Positions 19,034 through 29,684 of a DNA stretch of 64,000 nucleotides are shown here, one piece after another. Source of the DNA: Candidatus Binatia bacterium (lineage in GTDB: Bacteria; Desulfobacterota; Binatia; HRBIN30); the NCBI GenBank assembly GCA_038245295.1, contig JBBRSP010000012.1, forward strand, positions 96,001 through 160,000. Reading direction: 5' to 3'. The notes under the pieces were generated by a model. It saw only the letters and a program-made list of their open reading frames with translations. It was not told where the DNA came from and did not search any database. Within the stretch, counting starts at the first letter, position 1. Each line of letters starts with the position of its first letter. Position numbers and translations under genes: made by a program.

Positions 19034-19600
19034 TCAGTGATCGATGACCACCCGAGTGCCGACGTCAACAGCGTCGTAGAGTTTGATGATGTCGAGAGTT
19101 TCAAGCGAGATGCAGCCCTCGGTCCAATCCTTGCCGCGGCGGTTGACGTTGTCGTCATACGTGCCGTGGATGCCGACGGCCCCACCGATCCCAGGGGCCT
19201 TGCCTTGGTTGAGGGGCAGCACTCCGTGGCGTTTCGCCCAGCGATAGATCTCCCAATTCTGCTCCGTTGGGTAACTGAGAAGCATGAAGCGCGACCAGCC
19301 GGGGTGAACATACTTCTTGCTGATGTGGTACTCCCCTTCCGGCGTCCGATGGTCCCCCTGATACAATTTGGCGCCGCGCGGCTCTTTGCCGAGGACAATT
19401 GAGTAGACCTGCACAGGTTCGCTTCCCTCGTAGAGGGTCAGCCGTCGTTGCGATTTGCTCACGTGAATCCAGCGTTCGGGTGTGGGCGTCGGAACTGGCG
19501 TTGGTTCGAGACGCGGAGGTGGTGGCGGGGTTTCGAACCAGGCGCAACCGGGCAGAGCCACCAGAGTCACGAACCACAATCGAATCAACCACCACCGCAT
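19034..19600 (-). CDS. L,D-transpeptidase (YkuD family) lipoprotein
   Basis: Lipobox LPGC; K..QGD.RTPEG.Y, GGAVGIHG, WTEGCISL; start ATG 19600. Confidence 0.9.
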   Translation of the reverse strand: MRWWLIRLWFVTLVALPGCAWFETPPPPPRLEPTPVPTPTPERWIHVSKSQRRLTLYEGSEPVQVYSIVLGKEPRGAKLYQGDHRTPEGEYHISKKYVHPGWSRFMLLSYPTEQNWEIYRWAKRHGVLPLNQGKAPGIGGAVGIHGTYDDNVNRRGKDWTEGCISLETLDIIKLYDAVDVGTRVVIDH

Positions 19601-19693
19601 TGCCAGCCTCCGTCGACGTAATGCGCCGCCGTTCTCATTCCGCAGATTGCGTTCCTTGACAACCCGAGCGAAGCCCAATAGCTAGGCCGCGTC

Positions 19694-19709
19694 TTAATCA
19701 GTTGATTGA
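19694..19709. promoter_or_regulatory. candidate TetR operator
   Basis: Near-palindrome TTAATCAGTTGATTGA just upstream of the tetR ATG; TTGACA at 19656-19661. Confidence 0.45.
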
Positions 19710-19725
19710 ATCGTCAGCTTGATTC

Positions 19726-20370
19726 ATGCGCTCCGCACTCAAGAAAGCCCGCGCGGCACCGACTTCGACCAAGGCCAGAATTCTGGCCACCGCGGAGGAA
19801 GTGTTTGCATCGAAGGGGTTCGACGGTGCGTCGACGCGCGAAATCGCGGCAGCCGCGGCTGTCAACATCTCGAGCCTGCACTATCACTGGGAATCCAAAG
19901 AGACCTTGTACTTTGCCGTCTTCCAGAATGTCTACGACCGCATCGTCGAGGCGTTGCGTGGCACACTCCCGCAGCCGAGCGAGAGTCGTAGCCGGCACGA
20001 AGTAATCGAGCAGGCGATGGGGACTTTATTCGACTACTTCGCCGCCAACCCAACCGTACCCAAACTGCTGCTGCGCCGGCTCATCGAAAACGAATCTGGA
20101 CACGCCGACGTCGAGCAGCAGGTTCTAGCCCCGGCATGGCGAGTTTTCGCCGACTGGATGCGCAGCGCCAGCGATCCGCCTCTCGCCGGCATCGACGCCC
20201 ACCTGTTCATGCTGACGGTCGAGGGGGTCGTGCTTCTGTATCTCGTCGACAGCCATCATTTCCGCACCGTCCTCGGCGGCAGCGTGCACGACACCGCGCT
20301 GCGCCGCCGCGTTCGCAAATACCTCATCGAATTGGTTCCGAAGATCCTGCAACGGAGTCGCACTGCATGA
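19726..20370 (+). CDS. TetR/AcrR family transcriptional regulator
   Basis: RILATAEEVFASKGFDGASTREIA..A.VN...L.YHW.SKE.LY. Confidence 0.93.
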   Translation: MRSALKKARAAPTSTKARILATAEEVFASKGFDGASTREIAAAAAVNISSLHYHWESKETLYFAVFQNVYDRIVEALRGTLPQPSESRSRHEVIEQAMGTLFDYFAANPTVPKLLLRRLIENESGHADVEQQVLAPAWRVFADWMRSASDPPLAGIDAHLFMLTVEGVVLLYLVDSHHFRTVLGGSVHDTALRRRVRKYLIELVPKILQRSRTA

Positions 20371-21377
20371 AAGCTCTGATCACGGCATCGTTTCACCCGG
20401 ATGGCATTGAACGGCTCAAGCGCCACATGGACGTGGAGTACGATGACTGGCGTGCGCAACGACGCATCTATTTTGACGGCCAGCAGTTCGCCGCTCGCAT
20501 CAACGCGTCTGGTGCCGATGTGGTCATCGTCGAAGCGGACCTGGTGCACGACGAAGTCTTGGATAGCTGCCGGCTCAAGATCATTGGCTGCTGTCGTGGA
20601 GATCCGATCAACATCGGTGTGGAGAAAGCTACGGCCCAGGGCATTCCCGTCTTGTTCGCGCCAGCGCGCAATGCCGATGCGGTTGCCGATTTGACGCTCG
20701 GCTTCATGCTGGCTCTGGCACGTCACATCTTCACCGTAAATGACCTGCTGCGACGAGGCGAAATGCGCTTTCAGAGCACCAAAGACTACCTTTCCGCGTA
20801 CGAAACATATGGAGGGTTCGAGCTCGGCGGTGTAACGGTCGGCATCGTCGGATTCGGCGCCATTGGCCGCGGCGTTGCCAAGCGCCTACGCGGTTTCGGA
20901 GCGCGAGTGGTGGCGTACGATCCGCACGTTGCGGCGAACGTCTTTGCTGCATACGAGACGCAGGCGGTCTCCCTGGAGGCGCTGCTCGATGAGGCCAACA
21001 TCCTCACGGTGCATTGCCCCGATATTCCACAGACCCAAGGCCTGATCGGCGCCGCGCAACTGCGCCGACTCCGCCCCGGCGCGCTGGTCCTCAACCTGGC
21101 GAGAGCCGCCATCCTCGATGAGGATGCTCTGTACAACAGTCTTGTCGAAGGACACATCGCCGGCGCGGCACTCGATGTTTTTCGCGAGGAGCCAATTCAA
21201 CCGGAGAACCGGTTTCTCAAGTTGCCGAACGTTCTGGTCGCGCCGCACCTTGGCGGCGCCACACGCGATGTCGTTCGACATCAAACGAATCTGGTGGTCG
21301 ACGGGATCGAGGCATACCTCAGCGGGCGAACACCCCAGCACATCGTCAACCCAGAAGTCCTCGGGCGCCGCGCCTGA
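20367..21377 (+). CDS. D-isomer 2-hydroxyacid dehydrogenase (SerA-like)
   Basis: ATGA overlap with tetR; NADAVAD, G.ELGG.TVGIVGFGAIG, N.ARA, ALDVF..EP, PHLGGAT. Confidence 0.9.
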   Translation: MKALITASFHPDGIERLKRHMDVEYDDWRAQRRIYFDGQQFAARINASGADVVIVEADLVHDEVLDSCRLKIIGCCRGDPINIGVEKATAQGIPVLFAPARNADAVADLTLGFMLALARHIFTVNDLLRRGEMRFQSTKDYLSAYETYGGFELGGVTVGIVGFGAIGRGVAKRLRGFGARVVAYDPHVAANVFAAYETQAVSLEALLDEANILTVHCPDIPQTQGLIGAAQLRRLRPGALVLNLARAAILDEDALYNSLVEGHIAGAALDVFREEPIQPENRFLKLPNVLVAPHLGGATRDVVRHQTNLVVDGIEAYLSGRTPQHIVNPEVLGRRA

Positions 21378-21386
21378 GACCTAGAT

Positions 21387-22886
21387 ATGGAAGCGTTCGT
21401 CACACTCGATGCCGGCACCGGCGGCGGCAAGTGCCTCATTTTCAACCGTGAAGGGAATGTTCTCGGATCTCATAGCGAGCGATGGTCCTACGAGGTCACG
21501 TCGCCTGACGACATGCCGATGGTCAAGGAGTTCTCCTTCAACGCCGACGAGTTCTGGGGCGTTCTGAGCCGCTGCGTCCGCACCGCCCTCGCGCAGGCAA
21601 GGGTTGCACCGGCGGACGTCGTCGGGGTGAGCGGCACTAGTCAACGTGAGGGTTGTGTATTTCTCAACAGCAACGGCAAGGAGATCTACGCTGGGCCCAA
21701 CATCGATGCGCGCGGATTTCGCGAGGGGCTCGAGATCCTCGGCACCCTCGGGCCACAACGACTCTACGAGATCACCGGCCACTCTGCGCCGTTCATCTTC
21801 CCCATCGCGCGTTATCTATGGTTTCGCGCGCGACAGCCATCAGCCGTCGCACATCTCTTGATGATCAACGATTGGATCACCTGGCGGCTGAGTGGCGAGG
21901 TCGGAGCGGAGCCGTCCAACGCAACCGAGTCGATGTTGTTCGACCTACGTGCGAGAAACTGGTCGGACGAGATTCTCGAAACCTTCGAGATCCCACGGTC
22001 GATTCTGCCACCGGTTCGCAACCCGGGCGAAATGCTCGGCCGTGTCACGGAGGCAGCGGCACGCGACACTGGGTTGCTCGCTGGAACCCCGGTTTTCGTG
22101 GGCGGAGCTGACACACAGTGCGCCATGCTTGGAGCAGGCGCGGTTGACCCGGGGACGACCGCCGCCACGTTGGGCACCACGACGCCGGTGCAGACAGTGG
22201 CTGATCATGCTCATTTTGACCCACAGTCAGTTCTTTGGGCGGGATGCCACGTGATCCCGGACCGGTGGGTCTTGGAGAGTAACGCCGGAGACACGGGCGA
22301 CGCCTACCTCTGGCTGCTTGACGTCGTGAGTGGGGGAGCCGCACGCGGGGAGGCGCTTCTGCTTGGGGAACAGCTGGGTAGTCAGGGGACCGGGGCTCCG
22401 ACCATGGCATTTCTCGGACCATCCGTATTTAACCTCAATCGCATGGCTCTGAACCGCCCCGGCGGAATTCTCTTTCCTTTTCCGACAATGCACATGCGCC
22501 CGAGTCGCGCCGACTTGATCCGCTCGTTCATGGAGAGCGTCGGATTTGCGATTCGTGCCAATGTCGAGCAGATCGGTCGCGTCCTCGCCGCCGGCCCATC
22601 GAATCTTCGGCTGTCGGGAGGCATGACCCGCAGCGCGGTTCTGGTACAAGCGATTTGCGACATCGTCGGCTACCCGGTGCTTGTCTCGCAGCAGCCCGAT
22701 ACCGCGGCCCTCGGTTGCGCTATTCTGATCATGGCGAATGTTGGAGGCGGCGGCCTGGCTGGAGCGATGCGAGCGATGAGCAAAGGAATGGAGCGTGTCC
22801 CCGATATCGAACGACACGCCGCTTATGCAGCGCCCTATGTAAAGTGGTGCGAGTTGTATGAGAAGGCATTCGACCTGGAAATATAG
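21387..22886 (+). CDS. FGGY-family carbohydrate kinase (LsrK/xylulokinase-like)
   Basis: LDAGTG, TSQREG, NIDARG, GGADTQ, GTT, SGG..RS, A.LG.A. Confidence 0.9.
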   Translation: MEAFVTLDAGTGGGKCLIFNREGNVLGSHSERWSYEVTSPDDMPMVKEFSFNADEFWGVLSRCVRTALAQARVAPADVVGVSGTSQREGCVFLNSNGKEIYAGPNIDARGFREGLEILGTLGPQRLYEITGHSAPFIFPIARYLWFRARQPSAVAHLLMINDWITWRLSGEVGAEPSNATESMLFDLRARNWSDEILETFEIPRSILPPVRNPGEMLGRVTEAAARDTGLLAGTPVFVGGADTQCAMLGAGAVDPGTTAATLGTTTPVQTVADHAHFDPQSVLWAGCHVIPDRWVLESNAGDTGDAYLWLLDVVSGGAARGEALLLGEQLGSQGTGAPTMAFLGPSVFNLNRMALNRPGGILFPFPTMHMRPSRADLIRSFMESVGFAIRANVEQIGRVLAAGPSNLRLSGGMTRSAVLVQAICDIVGYPVLVSQQPDTAALGCAILIMANVGGGGLAGAMRAMSKGMERVPDIERHAAYAAPYVKWCELYEKAFDLEI

Positions 22887-22901
22887 AAGGAGCGCGATCT
22901 G

Positions 22902-23564
22902 GTGGAACTTCTGCACACTGTTTACGAACCTGCCGGCGAAGGCCCGCATCCGACGGTCATCGCTTTTCACGGTTGGGGCGCCAACGCGATGGACCTTCTG
23001 GGCCTCGCTCCCTATCTCGCAGGCGGTCGTGTCTTGGTGTTGTGTCCGCAGGGACCGGTCACCGTACCGCTTGGTCCCATGGACGGGTACGGTTGGTTCC
23101 CACTAACCATGGGAGGACCACCTGATGCCGGCGCGTTTGCGGACGGTGTCGGCGCGGCGCGGCGATTCATTCGCGAAGCGGTACTACGATATCCGGTTGA
23201 CCAGAAGCATCTGGCGCTTCTCGGATTCAGCCAAGGAGGCGCGATTGCCTACGCCCTCGGTCTGGCCGAACCGGAACACTTTGCCACGATGGTTGCTTTG
23301 AGCACCTGGCTACCGGCAACTCTGGCGGAGGCCTTGCCCGCAGTGCCGCGGCAACACTTGCCGACCCTTGTTCACCATGGAGCGCAGGATGAGGTGATCG
23401 ACGTTGCCCGCGGTCGCGAATCGGTAGAGCTGCTGAGGACGTTGAACGTCCCTGTGACGTATCGAGAGTTCGGGATGGGACACGAGATCAATGCCGACAG
23501 TCTCGCCGACTTCTCGACGTGGCTGCAAAAACACCTATTCTCGTCGCTCATTCTTCCGGCCTGA
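22902..23564 (+). CDS. phospholipase/carboxylesterase (Abhydrolase_2)
   Basis: HGWGAN, GFSQGG, HG.QD.VI, MGHEI. Confidence 0.9.
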   Translation: MELLHTVYEPAGEGPHPTVIAFHGWGANAMDLLGLAPYLAGGRVLVLCPQGPVTVPLGPMDGYGWFPLTMGGPPDAGAFADGVGAARRFIREAVLRYPVDQKHLALLGFSQGGAIAYALGLAEPEHFATMVALSTWLPATLAEALPAVPRQHLPTLVHHGAQDEVIDVARGRESVELLRTLNVPVTYREFGMGHEINADSLADFSTWLQKHLFSSLILPA

Positions 23565-23588
23565 CGGCAGCAACACCGGCCCACAAGA

Positions 23589-24350
23589 CTACTCCTCTTC
23601 GGGCGGGACCAAGAGTGCTTCGCCGAGCGTCTGGATCAACCAGCGATGAGCATCGCCGAAGCGCTTCTCCCAGCCGGGCGACGAGAGCATCGCGTGTGAA
23701 GCTTCCACGGAGACGAAGTCGGCGCCGATGCCCTGGGCGAGTTGACGTGCAGCGTCGAATGGTGTGAGGCGATCGAGAATTCCAGCAACCACCAGCGCTG
23801 GGGTGTCCTGTCGCACCGGTGCTGGCCAGTTACCTTGGAGCAGGAACTCTACCACTCGTCTTGGCTCTGCAGTCGTCAAACCCGATATGCCGCCATCGAA
23901 AAAGGACGATCCCGCATTGGACGGGGGCACCGAAGGTGCGGCGGTACGGAGGCCAAGCCAAGAGCGCGGGATACGGATCGGCAGCGTTTGCCCGGAAAGC
24001 GACGGAGGTAGGATGGGCGCGATCGCTATCGAAGCGCGCGCCAGTTTGCGGCAACGTAGCGCCAGCCAGCCACCCAGGTCGTGACCGATGAGGATCGGTG
24101 GTGACGGAAATTTCAGGATTAGATGCGTAAGGGCGGACTCGTACGCGTCGAAACCATTCGCCGCGGAGATCGCGGCTGCGCGCGGCAACGTTACGGCATG
24201 ACAGGTCCAACCACGATGAGCGAGGAACCCCATCGCCCGACGCCAAATCGCCGCTGTCGACCACAATCCATGCACCAGGACGAGAGATGCCGTGAACTTG
24301 GCGCTCTGGGCGGCAATTGTGTCAATCTCTAATTCGTCCCCGAATTCCAT
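23589..24350 (-). CDS. alpha/beta hydrolase fold protein
   Basis: LVHGLW, GHDLGG elbow (Asp in place of Ser), G..D.LTP, H.ML...GW; start ATG 24350. Confidence 0.8.
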   Translation of the reverse strand: MEFGDELEIDTIAAQSAKFTASLVLVHGLWSTAAIWRRAMGFLAHRGWTCHAVTLPRAAAISAANGFDAYESALTHLILKFPSPPILIGHDLGGWLALRCRKLARASIAIAPILPPSLSGQTLPIRIPRSWLGLRTAAPSVPPSNAGSSFFDGGISGLTTAEPRRVVEFLLQGNWPAPVRQDTPALVVAGILDRLTPFDAARQLAQGIGADFVSVEASHAMLSSPGWEKRFGDAHRWLIQTLGEALLVPPEEE

Positions 24351-24366
24351 CTGAGTCGCGCGCCCC

Positions 24367-24402
24367 AAAACAAAGAGGCCATCCAATTGGATGGCCTCTT
24401 TG
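24367..24402 (-). terminator. intrinsic terminator (perfect 32-bp palindrome)
   Basis: CAAAGAGGCCATCCAATTGGATGGCCTCTTTG (24371-24402) followed on the minus strand by TTTT. Confidence 0.85.
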
Positions 24403-24475
24403 CAGAGCCCGGAGGCCCAAGTCTGAGGGGAGGGAAAAATCTCTGGCCTGTGAATGGCCTCAGTTCGGAACCGGA

Positions 24476-24550
24476 CTACTTCTTCTTCTTCGGAGCGGCC
24501 TTTTTCTTCGCAGGAGCCTTCTTCTTCGCTTTAACCTTTGCAGCTGCCAT
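24476..24550 (-). CDS. 24-aa Lys/Ala/Pro-rich histone-H1-like microprotein
   Basis: AGGGAGG RBS 5 nt before ATG; MAAAKVKAKKKAPAKKKAAPKKKK*; own promoter and terminator; below ORF-track cutoff. Confidence 0.8.
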   Translation of the reverse strand: MAAAKVKAKKKAPAKKKAAPKKKK

Positions 24551-24656
24551 AGGAACCTCCCTTTAGAATTCGATCAGAGTCTGACTTCAATTCAAACTCC
24601 CTCTCCCTCAGACCGTCTCCACCTCACTCAACCATCCACCACCAGTTTCAGGAGCG

Positions 24657-24686
24657 ACTATAAATGCCCAAGGGCTTCGTTGTCAA
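24657..24686 (-). promoter_or_regulatory. strong sigma70-type promoter for the Lys-rich microprotein
   Basis: TTGACA-N18-TATAGT on the minus strand, with an A/T-rich UP-like tract (24687-24725). Confidence 0.7.
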
Positions 24687-25271
24687 CAGAATAATACCGT
24701 TTCTGAGAACTTTTTTTAAAACGGAAAGAGCCTGCACCCGTTACCTTTTTCGGCACCCTAAAATGTCGTTTCGCGATATGATAGCCGCCGAACAACAGAA
24801 GTGTTCTATGCAACCCTCCACAGGTCGGCGAGATAGTTTTCCACAACCGCACGGTATATCGCAACGCGAGCAAAGGATGGATGAATCATTCAGGGTGAAG
24901 CAGCAAAGTAGCCACGCTTATTGCAGGGCCGGGCTGGGGCGCGCCGTGGAAGGGACCCCATACCCCTGCATACCAGGCGCACGAGCACACGGGGCGCCAT
25001 CCAAATGCCGCCGGCCCAAAAAATCCGGGGATTGTCACAGATGAAAACTATTCATCCCCCTGAGGATGTGATGTGACTTCAAGATCGCGCACGACAAGCG
25101 GCTTCGGAGACGACAGCAGGCGCGCCCTATTGCCCAACGGTGGGCGTTTGATTCGCCCAAGTCGGAAGCGACTCAGCCGGCCCCTCACACGTGACGCAGC
25201 GCATTATGCGAGTGCGTGGCACCAACGCCGCCGAGATTGAGCGGCAACGGCACGCTCATGGGCGGCCTTCT

Positions 25272-26561
<1,290 letters not shown>

Positions 26562-26625
26562 TCACGTTTGCCAACTCTTCGCGCGAATGGCATAAGATCG
26601 CGCTCGGTCAGACTAGGAAATTTGG

Positions 26626-26934
26626 ATGGCGCTTATACAGCCCTTGCCGCGCAAATACAAAGGTCATCGGGTCGCGTTTCTCGCGCTCATGGTGGCGTTC
26701 GGTGCTGTCGCCGTATACGGCGAACACGGCGCCAAGCACCTGGGCAAACTTTGGGACGAGCAAACGTCCCTCGAGCAGCAAGCCTTTCAATTGCAGCAAC
26801 ACAACGAGCTGCTGCGCCAACACATCAGCCGCCTCGAACACGACGACGCATATCTCGAGCGCACGGCACGCGAGCGATATGGCTTGGTACGACCAGATGA
26901 ATTGGTGTACCGCGACACCCCGCCGCATCACTGA
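26626..26934 (+). CDS. ftsB: septum formation initiator FtsB/DivIC
   Basis: Single TM, GEHG, coiled coil, YLERTARERYGLVRPDELVY. Confidence 0.88.
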   Translation: MALIQPLPRKYKGHRVAFLALMVAFGAVAVYGEHGAKHLGKLWDEQTSLEQQAFQLQQHNELLRQHISRLEHDDAYLERTARERYGLVRPDELVYRDTPPHH

Positions 26935-26984
26935 AGCAACTACGCTTGCAACTCAGCGCGTCGGCTGACTATCGTTAGCTCAGC

Positions 26985-28103
26985 ATGAGCCCAGAGGATC
27001 GTCTTCGCCAACTACGTAGTGAACTGACGCAAATCTTCCTTGAACGCACCGCCGTCATCGATGGCGCACTCGCGGCGCTGCTGGCGGGACACCACGTGCT
27101 GCTCATCGGTCCACCGGGCAGCGCCAAGTCGATGCTGGCAGACGAGATTTGTAGCCGCATTGAAGGCGCGCAATACTTCCAATGGCTGCTGACAAAGTTC
27201 AGCACGCCCGAGGAGCTTTTCGGGGCAATTTCGCTCCGCTCGCTTGAACAGGACGACTACCGCCGAGTTACGACAAATAAGCTGCCGGAAGCGCACATCG
27301 CCTTTCTGGACGAAATCTTCAAAGCCAACTCGTCCATCCTCAACGCCATTCTGACGCTGATCAATGAGCGTCGCTTCCACAACGGCAGGACCGTCGAGAC
27401 GGTTCCGCTGATTTCGCTTTTTGCCGCAAGCAATGAACTCCCCGATGACGACGAGTTGCAAGCGCTCTTCGATCGCTTCCTCCTGCGCTTCGTCGTCGAA
27501 TACATCCAAGACGATTTTCGATTCCTGAGGATGCTGCAAAAGCGCCCGGCTCAGGAGCGCACGACTCTACGGCTCGAAGACTTGCGACATCTCCAGGCAG
27601 CGGTCGCTGCCGTTTCGATGCCCGACACCTTGCTGCGGTCCATCGCCGATCTGCGCCGCGAGCTGAACCGAAAGAACCTGATCGCCTCGGACCGCCGCTA
27701 CCAACAAGCCATTCCCCTGCTCCAGGCTTATGCGCTATTGAACGGCAGCTCGCAGGTCCGGGAACAAGATCTCGCACTTCTCGAACACGTGCTCTGGCAG
27801 CAGCCAACCGAGCGACCCGACATTCGAACGACCATCCATCAACTGCTGCGCGGCTACGAAGACGAAGCCAAAGCGCTCCTCTACCAATCGCAAGAATTGC
27901 GCGACTATGCTCATCGCCAGTGGGATACTCACGAGCTGCGCAGCCGCGCCGTCGTCGAGGCGCACACGAAAATCCGGCACATCCTGGAGAAGCTGGAGAG
28001 CATCCTCGACTCGGCCCGCGCCCTCGGGCGGCCGACCGACTCGGTCGAAACCGTGAAGGGTGAAATCGAGTCAATCCAACAGCGCATGCTGGAGGAATTG
28101 TGA
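26985..28103 (+). CDS. MoxR/RavA-like AAA+ ATPase
   Basis: GPPGSAKS, LLTKFSTPEELFG, FLDEIFKANSSILN, ASNELP, ALFDRF, SDRR. Confidence 0.92.
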   Translation: MSPEDRLRQLRSELTQIFLERTAVIDGALAALLAGHHVLLIGPPGSAKSMLADEICSRIEGAQYFQWLLTKFSTPEELFGAISLRSLEQDDYRRVTTNKLPEAHIAFLDEIFKANSSILNAILTLINERRFHNGRTVETVPLISLFAASNELPDDDELQALFDRFLLRFVVEYIQDDFRFLRMLQKRPAQERTTLRLEDLRHLQAAVAAVSMPDTLLRSIADLRRELNRKNLIASDRRYQQAIPLLQAYALLNGSSQVREQDLALLEHVLWQQPTERPDIRTTIHQLLRGYEDEAKALLYQSQELRDYAHRQWDTHELRSRAVVEAHTKIRHILEKLESILDSARALGRPTDSVETVKGEIESIQQRMLEEL

Positions 28104-29680
28104 GGCGTAGCCGCCTCAGCGCGCACGAAACGGTCAAGCCGGAGGTAGCCCCCGCGGTACCGAAATGGGGGCACACTTCGATCGAAACCGACTCGTACGA
28201 CAGGCGGATCTTCGAGCGCCTTCGTCAAGAATCGCCATCGCTGCTGGAACTACTCGAGCGCGGCAGCAAGCTGCTGCCGCATTTCGACGAGTTCTTGCTG
28301 GATCTGTTTGCAATCCTGTTCAAACTAAACGTTGTCTTCAACCCGCCAGAAACCGTCGCACCGAGCGCCGCCGTGTATCGACTGTTGCTGGATCATCTTT
28401 GGCGCGCCCCGGCAATCGCATCCTTGCGGCGGCAAACCACACTCGAAGAGGCGCGCGCCGCCCTCGCTCTCCTGCTGTTGGGCGATAGACTACTCGAATT
28501 GTTGCGCAGTGAACGCCTGTTGAGCCGTGGCGAGATGCTCGACTTCTGGGCCTTGAGTCAGCAAGAGACCGACACGCAGGATCGGGCTGACGAGTCGGAG
28601 TCGGCCGACACATTGGCTCAGAACGCTTCGCCCGCCGCCAAGCGGCAGCTGGAGGAATTGCGCAACCGACTACGTCGCGAGGCCGCTACTTCGGCGCAGC
28701 GACTGCAACAACGCGCGATCGACCTCCGTCGCAACGCCGCCGAGAGCGTCGCCCGGCAGACGAATCGACTGGAGCTATTGGCGCATCAGACGCATCAAGC
28801 CATGGAGGAACGACAGTCCGACAGCGAGGCGTGGAACAAGCAGATCGGTCGCAGCGGCACTGACAACGCTGCCCTGCAGCTCGAGCTTGCAAAGAGACTT
28901 GCCGACAACGCCAAACTCCGGAAACTCGCGAGCCTGGTCGGTCATATGCACACCCAGGCGCTTTCCCTGCGGCGGCGCTTGTACGAGCGACAGAATCAAG
29001 AGACCTACGACGTCGGCTGCGGCGCTGAAATCGCCCGCCTCCTGCCGCAAGAGCTCCTGTCGCTCCGACATCCAATTCTCAAACTCGACTTCGCGCGCCG
29101 GTTCGTCGAGTCGACCTTGACGCAGTACAGCCTGCGTGGGATCGACTCGAAAGGCCGCGGCCCACTTGTCGTTTGCCTCGACGCAAGTTCGTCGATGGCC
29201 GGTGACAAAGAGGTCTGGGCCAAGGCAGTGACGCTGACGTTGCTGGACATCGCGCAACGGCAGCGCCGACGCTTTCGCGCCATCTGTTTCGCCGGGACGG
29301 AGACGCCTCTCTACATTCTCGAATCGGATGGTCGCGATCGCTTTGCCATTCCGCAGCACAAGGTGCTGGCACTGGCCGAACATTTCCCTGGCGGCGGCAC
29401 CGACTTCCAGAAGCCGCTAACGGCAGCGGTTGCCTGCCTGCGACAAGTTCCATTCCGCAAAGGTGACATCGTCTTCATCACGGACGGCGAATGCGGTGTG
29501 GATCCAAAATGGCTCGATGCGTTCAGCGCGGCGAAGAAAGAGCTGCAATTCGCCGTATTATCCGTGGTGATCAACGTGGGGGCAAATCAAGTCAACACAC
29601 TACGCCAACTGAGCGACCACATCGTACCGGTAACGGAGCTCACCGGGGAATCGACGCGCGATATCTTCACGCGCACCTGA
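28100..29680 (+). CDS. ViaA-like VWA domain protein
   Basis: RLLPQEL, KGRGP.VVCLDASSSM (MIDAS), GGGTDF..PL, DIVFITDG; GTGA overlap with the ATPase. Confidence 0.9.
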   Translation: MRRSRLSAHETVKPEVAPAVPKWGHTSIETDSYDRRIFERLRQESPSLLELLERGSKLLPHFDEFLLDLFAILFKLNVVFNPPETVAPSAAVYRLLLDHLWRAPAIASLRRQTTLEEARAALALLLLGDRLLELLRSERLLSRGEMLDFWALSQQETDTQDRADESESADTLAQNASPAAKRQLEELRNRLRREAATSAQRLQQRAIDLRRNAAESVARQTNRLELLAHQTHQAMEERQSDSEAWNKQIGRSGTDNAALQLELAKRLADNAKLRKLASLVGHMHTQALSLRRRLYERQNQETYDVGCGAEIARLLPQELLSLRHPILKLDFARRFVESTLTQYSLRGIDSKGRGPLVVCLDASSSMAGDKEVWAKAVTLTLLDIAQRQRRRFRAICFAGTETPLYILESDGRDRFAIPQHKVLALAEHFPGGGTDFQKPLTAAVACLRQVPFRKGDIVFITDGECGVDPKWLDAFSAAKKELQFAVLSVVINVGANQVNTLRQLSDHIVPVTELTGESTRDIFTRT

Positions 29681-29684
29681 GTGC

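Noticed and set aside
18519..19402. Poly-Ser and poly-Ile/Val + strand ORFs
   Set aside because: Shadow frames of the GAT/GAC-rich acidic microprotein, which has the RBS and operon orientation
24590..24645. TCCACCA resembling a tmRNA/tRNA 3' end
   Set aside because: No T-arm or matching acceptor stem; it is the complement of the G-rich leader of the minus-strand transcript
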